Part shown: piece after piece, positions 28,836-43,205 of the stretch
How positions within the stretch are numbered: the first letter of the stretch is position 1
Layout of the letters: each line of letters begins with the position of its first letter
Source: Eledone cirrhosa
Taxonomy: Eukaryota
DNA length: 64,000 bases
Assembly: GCA_964016885.1 (NCBI GenBank)
Contig: OZ024742.1
Span: 353,648,001-353,712,000 of the forward strand
Direction: 5' to 3'
Notes under the pieces: model-generated
The model's database searches: none
What the model was told of the DNA's origin: nothing
The model's input: only the letters and a program-made list of their open reading frames with translations
Program-made: the position numbers and the translations under genes

Positions 28836-31470
28836 TAGATATATATATATATAAATATTCGTATAAGAATTTCGAAGGAATAATCATTTCACCAGGGCCA
28901 TAAGATATACTAGAATAGAAACAGGAATATTGAAAATGTACGATTAACTTCATATAACACTATTTCTTTAATGTTTATATTTAAATTTATTTTGAGCAAT
29001 GTAGTATTTAGAATAGGTGTCATTTATATGAATTGGTAAATGGTTAAAATATTTCTTTAACGTTTGAATCGACATCTCATGTAATCCTTTTAATTATTTT
29101 CTATATATAAAGCAGTGCATTACAAATTATTACTACTTCCTCTAATCGATAGTAATCAGATTACGCTGACTTAATTAGCACATTGTAAGGCTAATCTTAC
29201 TCTGTAGATTGTAGTAATATATATCTTTATAGCAATTCAATTGAATAGTTGCTTCATGACGTATGTTTCGCTTTTTCATCTTATCTTAATGGACCATGTA
29301 ATTATCATGTTTATTTCTGCTTATGCTGTACTTTCACAAATTGATTTCTGATGGGTTTTTTTTAGCTTTTTAATTCACATTTCTGACTGTAAACGTATGA
29401 TATTCATCTTATTTTTTTTTATATTATAACGTATGTCTAGTTAAATTACGGACAATTTAAATATATTGAATCGAAAATCAATAGTTCGAGCCATTGTGGA
29501 AAGCAAAGTGGAACACGAGTCTAAACTCTGAAAAAAATCGAGATGATAATCGCACACAGCTAAGAGCTAAATCAATGATTGTTATCGTAATATCAAATCC
29601 ACTAAAACCTGAAAGAAGCTGAGCGTTTAAATATTCTAAACATTTCAATTAAATCTTTAATTTCTCCTCCGCTATTGTCCTTCGTATGTAGTAATCTATA
29701 TACAGAACATTTAACTTAATCTATATGTAACTTGCATTTATCTTATCTGCAATCTGATAATTATATATGAAGTATGCTATATAAAATATGAAGAAACGCC
29801 ACAAAACGACCCAAGTCGATGAAAATAGGTTCTTATTATGAGACTATCTAGGTTCGAGGCTCTCATTTAATCGGTATATGACCGCTGGCAAATATTGTTC
29901 TTATAAAGACATACAACTTTAAATACTATATATGTCCGTGGCAGAACGGGTTAGCTCGCATTGGAAAGCCTGCCATAAAATATTTGCTGAAATTAATATG
30001 AAGCGATAATGAATATTTACCATATGAAAGGTTATAATGTTTTAGATATCAAAATATATTTTAGTTTCCATTCATATCGATTATATAAATATATAACACA
30101 TTCAAAATGCGCTATTTCGTTGACGGAATGCAGTGTTTAAGTGTTCCTCGCTCCATTTAATCCATAACTACACATATTCCACAATTTTGCATGGAATATT
30201 ACTTTGCAACTCTAAGAAATACATCATTATCCACAACATCATCATGTATCAGCCCTAACTTCAGGAATGCAAATCAACGTTGTAAAAACCGTTGTTAAGT
30301 GATGTGAATCAGTGTGAGTGTGTGTCTGTCAAACATATATATACAGCAGTTCCAAACTCAAATGAATAAAACTCCCACTGTCAGTGCCTCCACCTCTGCC
30401 GTTCTCCTCATGTCACACATAGATATAATATAATACCAAAACAAAATAAAACGTCCCCAGTAATATAATATATGAAAATACGTATGTATTTAGAGCTCGA
30501 TTCCAGGCAAAGAAATGATTTAATCACTATACATAGCAATACACAGTTACAAATAGACACACACATACACGTAGGACTGTATATTTGAATAGATGTACAC
30601 ACACATTGTGAGTTTATGAATGTGTTTGCGAGTGTGAGTAGCAAATATTTCAATTCAAACATATTTCTCAGGTTCCTAAAGGGAGAATTGACATCATTGT
30701 AATTATCGGTATGGAAGAGTCTGCGAATGCCTAGGTATGTGTCTCATTCAAGCGTCACATTTTATAATAAATCTTGTGTGCTTAAGTCATTAGTGAAGTA
30801 TATTTTCTACGAAACGTAAAAAAGAAAACCTTGCAAGGCATATTTACGTGTAATTTTGGAATTTCTATTTATGGTACATGACGAAGTTTGCTGATTCAAT
30901 ATTTTATATATAGTTATGTTTTCTATAACCCTTGCTAAGCACGTAAATTCATGATGAATACATATACTCTGAGACGTTCTGTCGTGTGTAGGTAATATTT
31001 GTCAGACTCTAATTTTGCCCTGCTCAATCTTCTTGGCTGCCATCTGCAATAATGATGGATAACCAAAATATTAACCCTATTATATTTGAATACTAGATTT
31101 TGCCTGATATAAGGCATAAAGAGCAACGGGGACAGATACTTCATAGACATACACACAATACACTCACACACACATGTACACATACACACAAACAAACACA
31201 CACACGAACATATATATGTATGTATATATACATAAATATACGTTATTATAGAAAAACAGGTCCAAACAATCCATTCTGCTGTATTGGTTTGGTGCCAGGC
31301 ACAACATTTAATGATGACATTAAATGTATAATGCCTTGGTTTGGCAATGTCCCTTAAGGGAAACAGAGTTAGATATGTGTACGTTACGAAAACCACATAC
31401 ATTATTATTTTATTATTATTATTAATGTTTTTATTATTATTTTTAACAATATTATTATTATTATTGCAAA

Positions 31471-32385
31471 CTAGCAGTGGTACACGTCGTTGCACGGGAT
31501 AAGGTATTTTGGAACGCCGGCCGCCAACAGACCTAATCGTGGAAAAACTGCATGCCTTGACAATATGTAAAGAAAATAAACCGAATACTCTGATGATTGG
31601 ACAATCTTTAAGATGTTCCTCGATGAAACAGGAAAAATGCAGGTTGCGGGCCTAGGGGATCCAGAAAATAATTTCTTTTTATGTGCATAATATGCCTTGA
31701 AATTTCGGGAAAAGTGGTTAGACGTAACACCTCCAAAAAGCCCTAAAAAGCTGAACAAAGGAATGTTTTCACCTAATGCGGGCCGTAGGCCAAACAAATA
31801 TGAATTTTCTTTGCTCACGGTATGAGGAAGAGACTGACTAATACAGAGTTACAATTTCAAGGAAATCGGTCTGACGTAACGCCTCAAATAACCCCTAAAA
31901 ACCTGAAAAAACGCAGTTTTTCACGTAATGAGATCAAAACATTTTTCACCAAGGAGATAAAAAAATTGAATTGTTTTTATGCATAACACTCCCTGAAACA
32001 CAAGTAATGCACATCTAAAGCTTGAAAAGAATCAGTTGGGTACTTCTCGAGTTTTAGGGATTCAAACTCTCACACACCGACACACACACACACAGACATA
32101 CTCAGGGAAGTGATGTAATGCAGACAGATATTATAAGGGGGCGACGTTATATGTATGTATCTATCTAAAAAGAGAAATACTAAGAATTATAGAGAGAAAT
32201 CGTTAAATCACGTAATCCGGTCCCTAGGACAAAGAAAATTTGAATTTTATTTTGCTCAGAACATTCCCTGAAACATAAGTATTACATGTGTAAAATTTGA
32301 AAACAGTTGGTTGGGTGCTTCTCTAGTTTTAGTGATTCAAACTCACACACACACAGACATACATCCTCAGTTTTATATATATAGA
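31471..32385 (-). mobile_element. Non-autonomous Helitron
   Basis: Minus strand starts TC(tatatatataaaa) and ends CTAG, inserted between A and T. Subterminal GC hairpin remnant cccgtgcaacgacgtg. Internal duplications. Confidence 0.75.
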
Positions 32386-32431
32386 TGATTGGAAATATTG
32401 GTAGATAATATAAGTACCAGTAATATCTATA

Positions 32432-32649
32432 TCAGTCGATTGACTTTCGTCAAATCGGACCGAGGAAACAATGTTTCCATTGGTCTTTCCAGTTGTTAAT
32501 ATTATTTATGGATCGCAACTCCAGGTTGAAGGAGCAACCTGAAATAATGTGTTTTGCTCAAGGACAACGCATGGCCCGGATCGGGAATCGAACTCACAAC
32601 CTCACGATTGAAAATACAATCATCTAACCACTCAGCCACGTGCCTTCAC
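32432..32649 (-). mobile_element. tRNA-derived SINE
   Basis: Minus strand: A box TGGCTGAGTGG, B box GTTCGATTCCC, then gtccttgagcaaaacac core. Confidence 0.85.
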
Positions 32650-32704
32650 CAGTAATGTACTGAACTAATATCTGGCTTTTGGCCAAAGGTGAAACAATTA
32701 CTAT

Positions 32705-32925
32705 CGTGAATTGGCAGTATCTGTATTGTGTCGGATAACAAGCTATATAGCATAGGGTTACGGCCATATATATTCTGGCTTCAAATCCTACCGCGTTTAG
32801 AGTGGCCTTTTATCCTTTCAGATCGATAAAATATAATACCACCCATGCACTGCGGTCGATTTAATCGACTTTCCCTCATCCCAAAATGATTAGCCTTCTG
32901 CCAAAATAAGAAACCATTATTGTTT
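32705..32925 (+). mobile_element. Degenerate SINE, same family as 34051-34460
   Basis: gtgaattggcag..ttcaaatcc..gccttttatcctttcagatcgataaa..gaaaccattatt. Confidence 0.7.
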
Positions 32926-33573
32926 TCCTATTGTTGTTGTTGTTTTTGTTTGTTTTATAAGTATGTTCGACGTGAAACATGTTTCGTATTTTTCATTCTT
33001 ACGACACAAACATTAAAATCGTATTATATTCCTTTAAATATAGACTCCCTCAATATTTCGCAAAATAAATTCCCTTTAATATTTGAAGTGGAATAATCTC
33101 TATTCTAATACTAAAACATTCCTGTTTGTTGTAAAAGGGATATGAATGAACTTACCCAATTGCAACGCTGTATGGAGTAGCCCAGATCCTTCTCTCGATG
33201 AAAGAAACAACCCTCAGGAAGACCACAAATATAATTAAATGTATTAATATGTACATTTAAGAAAAACTGGAATTAGCAGCAGCAGCAGCAACAGAAACTG
33301 CGATGTCACCTTAGGAAACAACTAGAATAGTACGTCATCAAAATCTATATCTATACCAAGATCACCCTCTGTACAGGGACGAATTCTTATACAAAATTAC
33401 AACAGCAATTCATGCTGCAACCCATATATATATATATATATATATAATTTCAGCGAGATCGTATTTCGGCCGAGGTCGAAAACAAAGCAAAATGGAATTT
33501 TCGATATTACGGCAAGCGCTCAATGGGCTAGAAGAAGACCAGAGCAATTAACATACGTTATAGAGGCATATAT

Positions 33574-33696
<123 letters not shown>

Positions 33697-33827
33697 GATA
33701 TATATATATATTTATTATATATATATATATATAGATATGCCTTTACATTAATTTATATTCCTTTTGAAGTTCCGATGAACTGCTCAAAATTTGCCTAAGT
33801 TAATTGTCTTCAACTGAACCAGATCAA

Positions 33828-33928
33828 TAATTGTTTCTACTTTTGGCATAAGGCCATTAATTATCCCAGTGTATTACTGGTACTTTATTTTATCGACCCC
33901 GTAAGGATGAAAGGCAAATTTAACCTCA
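33828..33928 (-). mobile_element. Partial SINE, inverted relative to 34051-34460
   Basis: Reverse complement of gaggtta..gcctttcatccttacggggtcgataaaataaagtaccag..gtagaaacaatt. Confidence 0.8.
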
Positions 33929-34050
33929 GATCAATAATGATCTATAATCATTTGATCCAGAAACATTATATGAAGTGCGAAGCAATTGTAAACGGACATT
34001 ATTAGTATTATTATTATTTTTCTTTATCGAATTATTATTGTTCTTCATCG

Positions 34051-34460
34051 AAGGCGGTGAATTGGCAGTATTGGTAGAGGGTCAGACATGCTTTCCAGAG
34101 TAGTTACGTCCCTTTACGATCTGAGTTCAAATCCCGCCGAGGTTAACTTTGCCTTTCATCCTTACGGGGTGAGATAAAATAAAGTACCAGTAATACACTG
34201 GGTAATTTACTGGCCTTGTGCTAAAAGTATAAACAATTATTATTATTCTTTATATTATATAAAGGGCCGTTGATTGGCAGTATCGGTAGAGGGTCGGACG
34301 TCATGCTTTGACGCATAGAGTTACGGCCCTTGCCATTCTGAGTTCAAATCCCGCCGAGGTTAACTTTGCCTTTCATTCTTACGGGGTCGATAAAATAAAG
34401 TACCAGTAATGTACTGGTTAATTGCTGGCCTTGTGTCAAAAGTAGAAACAATTATTATCA
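34051..34460 (+). mobile_element. Two tandem SINEs with a Nin/Deu-like central domain (octopus-type)
   Basis: B box gagttcaaatcc, then gcctttcatccttacggggtcgataaaataaagtaccag, and (ATT)n tails. Confidence 0.85.
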
Positions 34461-34584
34461 TTCTATACATTCCTTACATTAAAATAAAACTATGTTGACA
34501 ATCTTTTAATAATATCTTCCTTGTGAAATTTGTGGTTTTGTTATGCTTAATTAATAAATAAATATATATATGTGTGTGTGTGTA

Positions 34585-34639
<55 letters not shown>

Positions 34640-36006
34640 ATGTGTGTGTGTGCATCGCAAACTGCAAGGCTATCAGCAGGAACAATAAAAAAAACAGAAT
34701 GCAGGTGTCCGCTCCAACATATCTGTATACATATAAGTATGTAAAGTTTGTATATCGAATTATACACGTTATGTTTAGAGATAAATTATTTACACCATTA
34801 AGGTATAAGAGATTAAATGTTATGTACATGGCACCTACCCAGTTCCATCGGAAATAAAGTGGTTTGAAGTTGTCGACTGCTGGTTCTGAATATTTGGCCG
34901 TCGTCTTGAACATACTGGAACACAAATAAACCGAAAACATATATCTTTAAAGCTTATATGCCTATGAGCATTATGATGGCCCGACTTGCACAAGATATAA
35001 AATCAAGTTGATCGATACGACATAATTGTATAAATACTTGTATGTAATGTTTGTATATCGGATAATATATCATATGTTTACTAATACATATTTAAAAACA
35101 TTTGACGATGAATGTTTTCACGACATACATCACCACGTACAACCGTGCAACATAACTTCATCCAACCAAGAAATACCTTTCCATCACACATTACTAAACA
35201 AACAAAACAAGGCACGTAAAACATCCCTAATTGAAGCCGTGGCTTTAGAAGAATAAGCAACAACAAAATCTACTGTGATTTGCTCCTGAAATATCCACTA
35301 ATAGCTGAAAGGATGAATCAGTTGATCATTCAAAAAAATAAAATAATGATTTCTTCTCGATTCTCTTCTATTTATCTAGCATGGCGTTAATCAACATAAG
35401 CAGGATGAATATATGTATCTTGAAAGAAACACCATCACTCAAAAACATCACATCACTAAATAGAGATCTGGGAGCCATCGGCCAGAATATAATTTGTGGT
35501 TACCAATTATACAGTTGTGTTGTGGGTTCGGGGGCAAGAATCCTCTGTTGCTTTGGTCAAGTTTTGAACTCAGGATACGGATAATTTACCTCTAAAATAT
35601 GTAGAAGGTTGGTAATGGATCTACATAGTAGCAAAATACATTCTTTCAATCAGTAGACGTGCAGTCAACCGGAAATGTGCCTCAAGGACTCTAGAACCCT
35701 TCTTATGCAACTCCTATATTTTAGCGTTTGAAGGACATTGCAGCGATATCCTAGATGCACGGTAGAAATGCTGAGTTGGAGTTCTTCATTTTCTCTTGGT
35801 TGCTAGTAAATTGTGGTCTCTGCCATTTAGTGATGTTGTGTGATAGCAATTATTTTTATGGGATACAGGACAGCATTTATCCCCTACAATGGAGCCAACC
35901 CATGTCTCAGTTTCTCTGCTTCTGTATGTAAGCGTATCAGTTTATATATATACATTGATTATCCAGGTAAAACAACGCATATATTTTTAGAGGACATATA
36001 TATCTA

Positions 36007-36144
<138 letters not shown>

Positions 36145-36690
36145 GTTTGTATATGTATAGTAAAGCCAAAACAATTCAGGTATGGACATAGAATAAAGAA
36201 TGCAAATGCAAAATATATTCTACACAATTAGTCTTTTACCATATATATATATATATATATGTATGATAAACATAGCTACTATTGCTATCCTCACTACTAC
36301 CCCTCTATTGACAAGAACACATTCGCCCCATTTTGAGCCTAATTTTGAGCACGATGGGAAAATAACTTACCGCAACATTTGATTTTAATTTTAAACCTTT
36401 AATTTTTAGTTTTTCACTCCTATTAATTCTTTTCAATTTTTTATTTCAATACTCAGCATTTCATGAGATGAATTTTAATAGTACATCGAAACCGTATATT
36501 TTATATAATTTGTATATATTATATACCTTATAATACTTTGTTTAAATAATTGTCCCTATCATTTTCTCAATAATATCACTTTGACGAATCAAAGAAAGGA
36601 TAAAAAAAAAAACTAGACACTTAAATATATTTTCGTGCTATTTCCAACTTTCTCTATATCCACTGTTTTGTATAGAACCTTACCTCTCTT

Positions 36691-37167
<477 letters not shown>

Positions 37168-38782
37168 TATGAAGAGAGAAGAAACATTTAGATAAAATTA
37201 GTAATAAAATGTATCATACCTAAACTGCTCCTAGATTCCTCGACTACGTAGTTTCGTGGCATAAACAAAAACAATACATCATAAAGATGTAGAGTCCCTG
37301 CGAGGTCTGCCGACTTATCAAGAGGGAACCTCATTTTAGTAGTCTCAAGAACGCGCCCATACGACGTGAGAAAGAATCCCAAAAGGCGGAGGGGGAGATA
37401 GTCACGCGATACAACGGTCGAGAAACAGAGCTAAGCCTCTTATAACCCCGAAGAAAATACCACAGAGGCGGAGGGGGTATTTATCTCGAAGCCGTAGAAG
37501 AGGTGGTGAAGGAGGAGAGAAGTATGAGTAATGGCAGTTTCCAGCAGTCACCACACTTCAAAGATTACTCAACCAGAGGGAGTTATTAACAATATATTTA
37601 GAAACACACAGATACATGCGGACACACACATATCCATGAATGCATCCACACCAACCGTGAGTTAAGGGTGCCAACCTCACCGATGTCACTCAATGAATGA
37701 CTGGGACAGACCAATTCGGTTGAACCAGACTGAACCAGTATCAGAGTTAAATTACATTTTGAAGAGAGAAGAAACATTTAGATATAATTAGTAATAAAAT
37801 GTATCATACCTAAACTGCTCCTAGATTCCTCGACTACGTAGTTTCGTGGCATAAACAAAAACAATACATCATAAAGATATAGAGTCCCTGCGAGGTATGC
37901 CGACTTATCAATAGGATACCTCATTTTACTAGTCTCAAGAACGCGTCCGTACGACGTGAGAAAGAATCCCAAATGGCGGAGGGGGAGATAGTCACGCGAT
38001 ACAACGGTCGAGAAACAGAGCTAAGCCTCTTATAACCCCGAAGAAAATACCACAGAGGCGGAGGGGGTATTTATATCGAAGCCGTAGAAAAGGTGGTGAA
38101 GGAGGCGAAAAGTATGAGTAATGGCAGCTTTCCAGCAGTCACCACACTTCAAAGATTACTCAACCAGAGGGAGTTATTAACAATATATTTAGAAACACAC
38201 AGATACATGCGGACACACACATATACATGAATGCATCCACACCCAACCGTGAGTTAAGGGTGCCAACCTCACCGATGTTGCTCAATGAATGACTGGGACA
38301 GACCAATTCGGTTGAACCAGACTGAACCAGTATCACAGTTAAAATTACATTATGAAGAGAGAAGAAACATTTAGATATAATTAGTAATAAAATGTATCAT
38401 GGGATTCTTTCTCACGTCGTATCGACGCGTTCTTGAGACTAGTAAAATGAGGTATCCTCTTGATAAGTCGGCAGACCTCGCAGGGACTCTATATCTTTAT
38501 GATGTATTGTTTTTGTTTATGCCACGAAACTACGTAGTCGAGGAATCTAGGAGCAGTTTAGGTATGATACATTTTATTACTAATTATATCTAAATGTGTC
38601 TTCTCTCTTCATAATGTAATTTTAACTCTGATACAGGTTCAGTCTGGTTCAACCGAATTGGTCTGTCCCAGTCATTCATTGAGAAACATCGGTGAGGTTG
38701 GCACCCTTAACTCACGGTTGGGTGTGGATGCATTCTTGTATATGTGTGTGTCCGCATGTATCTGTGTGTTTCTAAATATATT
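37168..38782. mobile_element. Retrozyme-like tandem array: two 590-bp units, a partial third and an inverted segment
   Basis: 37168-37757 matches 37758-38349. 38350-38400 is partial. 38401-38782 is inverted. One HHR per unit. Confidence 0.88.
38455..38544 (+). ncRNA. Hammerhead with U3-A8 core and long stem II. Other copies at 37237-37326 (-) and 37827-37916 (-)
   Basis: tcctc TTGATAA gtcggca..tgccac GAAA ctacgtag TC gagga. Stem III is the palindrome ACTACGTAGT. Confidence 0.85.
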
Positions 38783-38827
38783 ATATATATATATATATAT
38801 ATTACTATATATATATTGTATATATAT

Positions 38828-38887
<60 letters not shown>

Positions 38888-38931
38888 AGAAAAAAATTAC
38901 GAAATGGAAATGCGGGTATATAGAATTTATT

Positions 38932-39048
38932 AGGTAACAATTGTTTCTATAGTGTATGAGTTACCTATACCTCGCTATTTGAATAATACACAAATATTAT
39001 CAAAAACCGAAAGTACACTGTAAGTCAACACACCATGTCATCAGACCT
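38932..39048 (-). ncRNA. Hammerhead with about 95-nt stem II. Second copy at 41948-42064
   Basis: Minus strand: aggt CTGATGA catggtgtgttga..tcatacactata GAAA caattg TT acct. Confidence 0.8.
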
Positions 39049-39458
39049 TTGTATTAGAATGATATGAAAATATTTTATACACTAGATAAAAGATAAAGAA
39101 GGAGGTAGGAAGAGAAGGGGAAGAGGGAAGTGAGTAAGGTGGAGGGAGTCTTAGGGTTTAAGACTGTCAGACTAGTAGAGATTGTGAAGAGAGAATGTTT
39201 TGGCAGCAGTTAGCTTAATGGGGCGTGCTAAGGTTGGCTGGGAAGTAGATACTTCTAGTGGTGTTGTTCGGACAAAATTTAGTTAGAGGGGTCAAAGTGG
39301 TACAATGTCACAGACAAGTTATTAGGGCTATTATAGTAGCAGGTTATTTCTAAAGGGGTCCAGAAAAACAGTGTTTAGTACTATTATTATAGAAAGCCAT
39401 ATCTAGTGTATAAACATATAAGACAGAAATTTGCAAACGTTGGTGTAAAAAGGTAACA

Positions 39459-41740
39459 TTATATGCATTTAAAAAAAGAAAAAGTCGTTTTCAAACGATG
39501 GTTACAGTATAGAGAACGTTCAATTTTGCTGTTCAAAAGTTTGTTTACCGACGTTAAAATGCAGTATATCTCTAAATTGCATAACTTGCAGAATCGATGA
39601 TTTTGCTGATATGCAGGCGCAGCTGCAATAATTTGCCAATCAAGGGAGAACGCTTGATTGTTCTTCCGAAGCTTCCAGGCTTTATCGGCGAGGGTTGTTA
39701 CGGAGCGCATTTTCTCGTGCCTGATCGAAGATCGATGTTGGTATAGGCGAGCCTTGAAAGAAGTTGCGGTACATCCGACGTAATACCATTTGTTGGTCCC
39801 GGAATTAATTGTACACCGGTAGACAATATTGCGTGCTAGGCACTGGTTATTCAGTGGGCACGTACCTGGTTTGGTGCAGTTACAACTATTTTTATGTTTT
39901 GCAGTAGAATCCTGGATAGTTTGGTGGGGTTGTGGTTGCGTGTTAGTGCGTTGCATGTTGCTATGCTGGTGCGCTGAGTCATTAGGGATGTACTTATTCA
40001 GTATTGCTGAGTTGAGTTTTCTAATTAGTTGTTCTATGTTAGGTGCAGTGGAGTATGAGAGTCTAATGGTGCGCGAGTTAAAGATTTTATAGTATTTATG
40101 TAAAGTTGTAAAGTGTTTATTGATTAGTGTATAGAATTGTGAGATAATCTTAGTGCTAATAGAACAATTGTATACGGGGTTATACCATATGTACTCTCTA
40201 CGTCTGACTCTATTTGCTGGTTTGCACCTGTTAGTATGCCTATTGATGTGTGTGTGTGGTGCAATACTAGTTCGACTTAGATGTGTTTTATTCCTAGTAC
40301 TTATGTGGTTATCGTCTAGATATTCAATTTTCTCGAAGTAACCAGCTTTTCTAAGTGCGTCATTATAATATTCAGCATGCTCGTTGAAGGTCTGCAAATT
40401 AGACGCCAGTCGGGAGATCCATATGGATATATTTTTAGGGATAGATTTAATAATGGAATGAGGATGGTTCGATTTTACATTAACGTACTTAAGATTTCAT
40501 TAAGTTTGTGAAATGGCTCTATATTACCGTTATTAAGGTTGAAGGTAACATCCAAGAAGTTGACCACCTTAAGATTGTGTTCAAAGGTAATATTAAGCCC
40601 TAGTTCTAAGAAAAGTTTCCTAATGTTTTTACGTCGCCTTTCTAGGTTTTGTTTGTTCATATTCTTGACTAATAGAAGTGTATCGTCGCGGTATATTCCG
40701 CCGTGGAGGTCCGTAAATTCGCTCTCGAGTCTATGGGCTATATAGATCCCAACCAAATCCGTGACCTCCGCCGAATCATTAGAACCCATCGTAATGTCGA
40801 ATTCCGAGGGTCTATCCCTGCGGACCCAATAACTATTTTCAAAGTGCACTACTGTGCGTCTAGCTTCAAGTATAATATTAATTTCCACGTTTGTGAGGTC
40901 CGAGTTAGTCTTAGCAAAAGAGAGGGCCTTATGCAGGGTTTCGGGTGAAATAGAGGAATAGTATTCATCTATATCGAATTCTATAAAAGAAGATTTGTTT
41001 TTGTCCCTAATGTTATTGAACCATCTTATTGCCTGATGAGTATTACCCCATAATTTAATATCTACCTTAGCCTTAACTTGGGGGATAATACGATCTAATA
41101 TGTACTTACTAATCTTACCTATATCGGACTTTGAAGGACATATTAATCTAATTTTAGGGTTAGTATCGAAGTTATCCTAATGGTCCTTCAGATTAAAAGT
41201 CGGTGTAGCTGGGGATAGGGGTACCGTTCTGTCGTCAATTTTCAGTTTCCTAACAATATCACATGCTGCGTTATTAATGTTGGTTAGTGTAGTTGCGTTT
41301 GTTTTTTTGTATTTCCTATGTAATTCCTTACGTATAAAATTGTTATATGTTTCTACATCCAGGGTGTATAGATTCGAAGTTTTGTCTGCCTTTATGATAA
41401 TTCCTTTGGTATTCCTTAGGTTGTCGAGTAGAGATTTAATATCTAGTTGCAGTTCGTTTTTCCTTCCGTTTGTAAATTTGATTCCGGTTATCATTTTCAT
41501 TAAGTCCTGTTCGAAAGAATCCAAAAGAGGGTTAGAGGGTGGGTTTTTGTAGGATTTGAAACCAAACTTCTCGTTGTTGGTGTCCGAAGTTTGTGTAATC
41601 CTTTTCCGATCGAAGTGGAAGGCCTTCCATCTAATCCGCCGAATAAATTCGTTGGTCCTTTGTATCATACCAAGAATGTAATCCTTTTTACCCTGAATGG
41701 GTATGTTTTTTAAGGACATACCACAATGATGTTTTTCCAT
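39459..41740 (-). pseudogene. Naiad-type RT plus GIY-YIG ORF with few lesions (stop near 41177, frameshift near 40480)
   Basis: MSLKNIP, KADKTSNLY, LKDH, MGSNDSAEVTDLVG, IYRDD, IWYNP, CNC..CPL..CL, YYVGCT..FKARL..H, CKLCNLE..CNH. Confidence 0.92.
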
Positions 41741-42419
41741 TTCAAAGACGCGGGTTGATAGGTTGCTCGACTGTAAAGGAGTGTGAAGAATTAGATAATT
41801 TGTATTCCAATGTTACTAAGTAGTTGCATTGGATGGAGTCAACTGACGTCAGAGATTGCTCAACGTATAATAAAGTGTGTTTTAAAATCCGGAGAAAATA
41901 TAGAGAAAAAATTTACGAAATGGAAATGCGGGTATATAGAATTTATTAGATAACAATTGTTTCTATAGTGTATGAGTTACCTATACCTCGCTATTTGAAT
42001 AATACACAAATATTATCAAAAACCGAAAGTACACTGTAAGTCAACACACCATGTCATCAGACCTTTGTATTAGAATGATATGAAAATATTTTATACACTA
42101 GATAAAAGATAAAGAAGGAGGTAGGAAGAGAAGAGGAAGAGGGAAGTGAGTAAGGTGGAGGGAGTCTTAGGGTTTAAGACTGTCAGACTAGTAGAGATTG
42201 TGAAGAAAGAATGTTTTGGCAGCAGTTAGGTTAATGAGGCGTGCTAAGGTTGGCTGGGAAGTAGATACTTCTAGTGGTGTTGTTCGGACAAAATTTAGTT
42301 AGAGGGGTCAAAGTGGTACAATGTCACAGACAAGTTATTAGGGCTATTATAGTAGCAGGTTATTTCTAAAGGGGTCCAGAAAAACAGTGTTTAGTACTAT
42401 TATTATAGTACTATTATTG

Positions 42420-42605
42420 TAGCATACACAGAGTACGAGAATAGACCTAGAAGAAATAGATCCCGACGCATTATATGGTATAACCCAGCATATAATATGG
42501 AGGTGGCCACACTATTAGCTAAGATCTTTCTCTCCCTTATTATGAAGCATTTTCTCCCTACACATAAATATAGTAACATTTTTAATAGAAATACTATTAA
42601 AAATG
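42420..42605 (+). mobile_element. Short fragment of another Naiad-type ORF
   Basis: [48 protein letters not shown]. Confidence 0.75.
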
Positions 42606-42628
42606 TTACTATATATATATATATATAT

Positions 42629-42680
<52 letters not shown>

Positions 42681-42720
42681 CTATATATATATATACATAT
42701 GTATATATATATATATATAC

Positions 42721-42758
<38 letters not shown>

Positions 42759-43007
42759 GTGAGGTTTTTTTTACAAAATGAAAAATAACCGAGGTGTCCT
42801 ACACGAGTGGAAGTATAAAGAAAAAGGGATGAAATCGAAAATGCAACTGAAGTCTTATTTTTTTTTAAAATATATATATTTATTTGGTTCCTTTACCGGT
42901 TTCGCAGTTCTTCTGCTTTTCAAAAGGTGAGTTGAGATGGAGGGTCTGTGGTTTTTCATACCCTCCATCTCAACCCTGTGGTTTTTCAGACCCTCCATCT
43001 AAACTCA

Positions 43008-43045
43008 CCTTTTGAAAAGCAGAAAAACTGCGAAACCGGTAAAGG
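43008..43045 (+). ncRNA. Minimal hammerhead with U3-A8 core (family G). Antisense copy at 42890-42927
   Basis: cctt TTGAAAA gcag-aaaaa-ctgc GAAA ccgg TA aagg. Confidence 0.85.
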
Positions 43046-43109
43046 AACCAAATAAATATATATATTTTTTAAAAATATAAGACTTCAGTTGCATTTTCGA
43101 TTTCATCCC

Positions 43110-43205
<96 letters not shown>

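Larger units (their letters stand above)
38886..42410 (-). mobile_element. Full-length Naiad-type PLE family I flanked by direct pLTRs
   Basis: 38886-39390 matches 41903-42408. ORF lies between them. Confidence 0.92.

Noticed and set aside
32570-32649. tRNA gene
   Set aside because: The A and B boxes continue into a SINE body and no complete cloverleaf is evident.
33130-33560. Possible host exons with a short poly-Q
   Set aside because: Stops in frame and no coherent splice structure or recognisable homology.
35380-35930. Possible old RTE LINE remnant on the minus strand
   Set aside because: Too degenerate to support by eye.
37188-37382. Repeated 64-aa ORF MGFFLTSY..
   Set aside because: It overlaps the HHR, mostly has a TTG start and shows no domain. 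Its recurrence reflects the DNA repeat.
39459-41740. Selenocysteine-encoding Naiad ORFs (in-frame TGA at Cys positions)
   Set aside because: The Cys motifs I read in families A, C, D, E and I use TGT/TGC. The TGA near 13635 falls at a conserved Trp, so it is a nonsense mutation. I could not search for SECIS elements.
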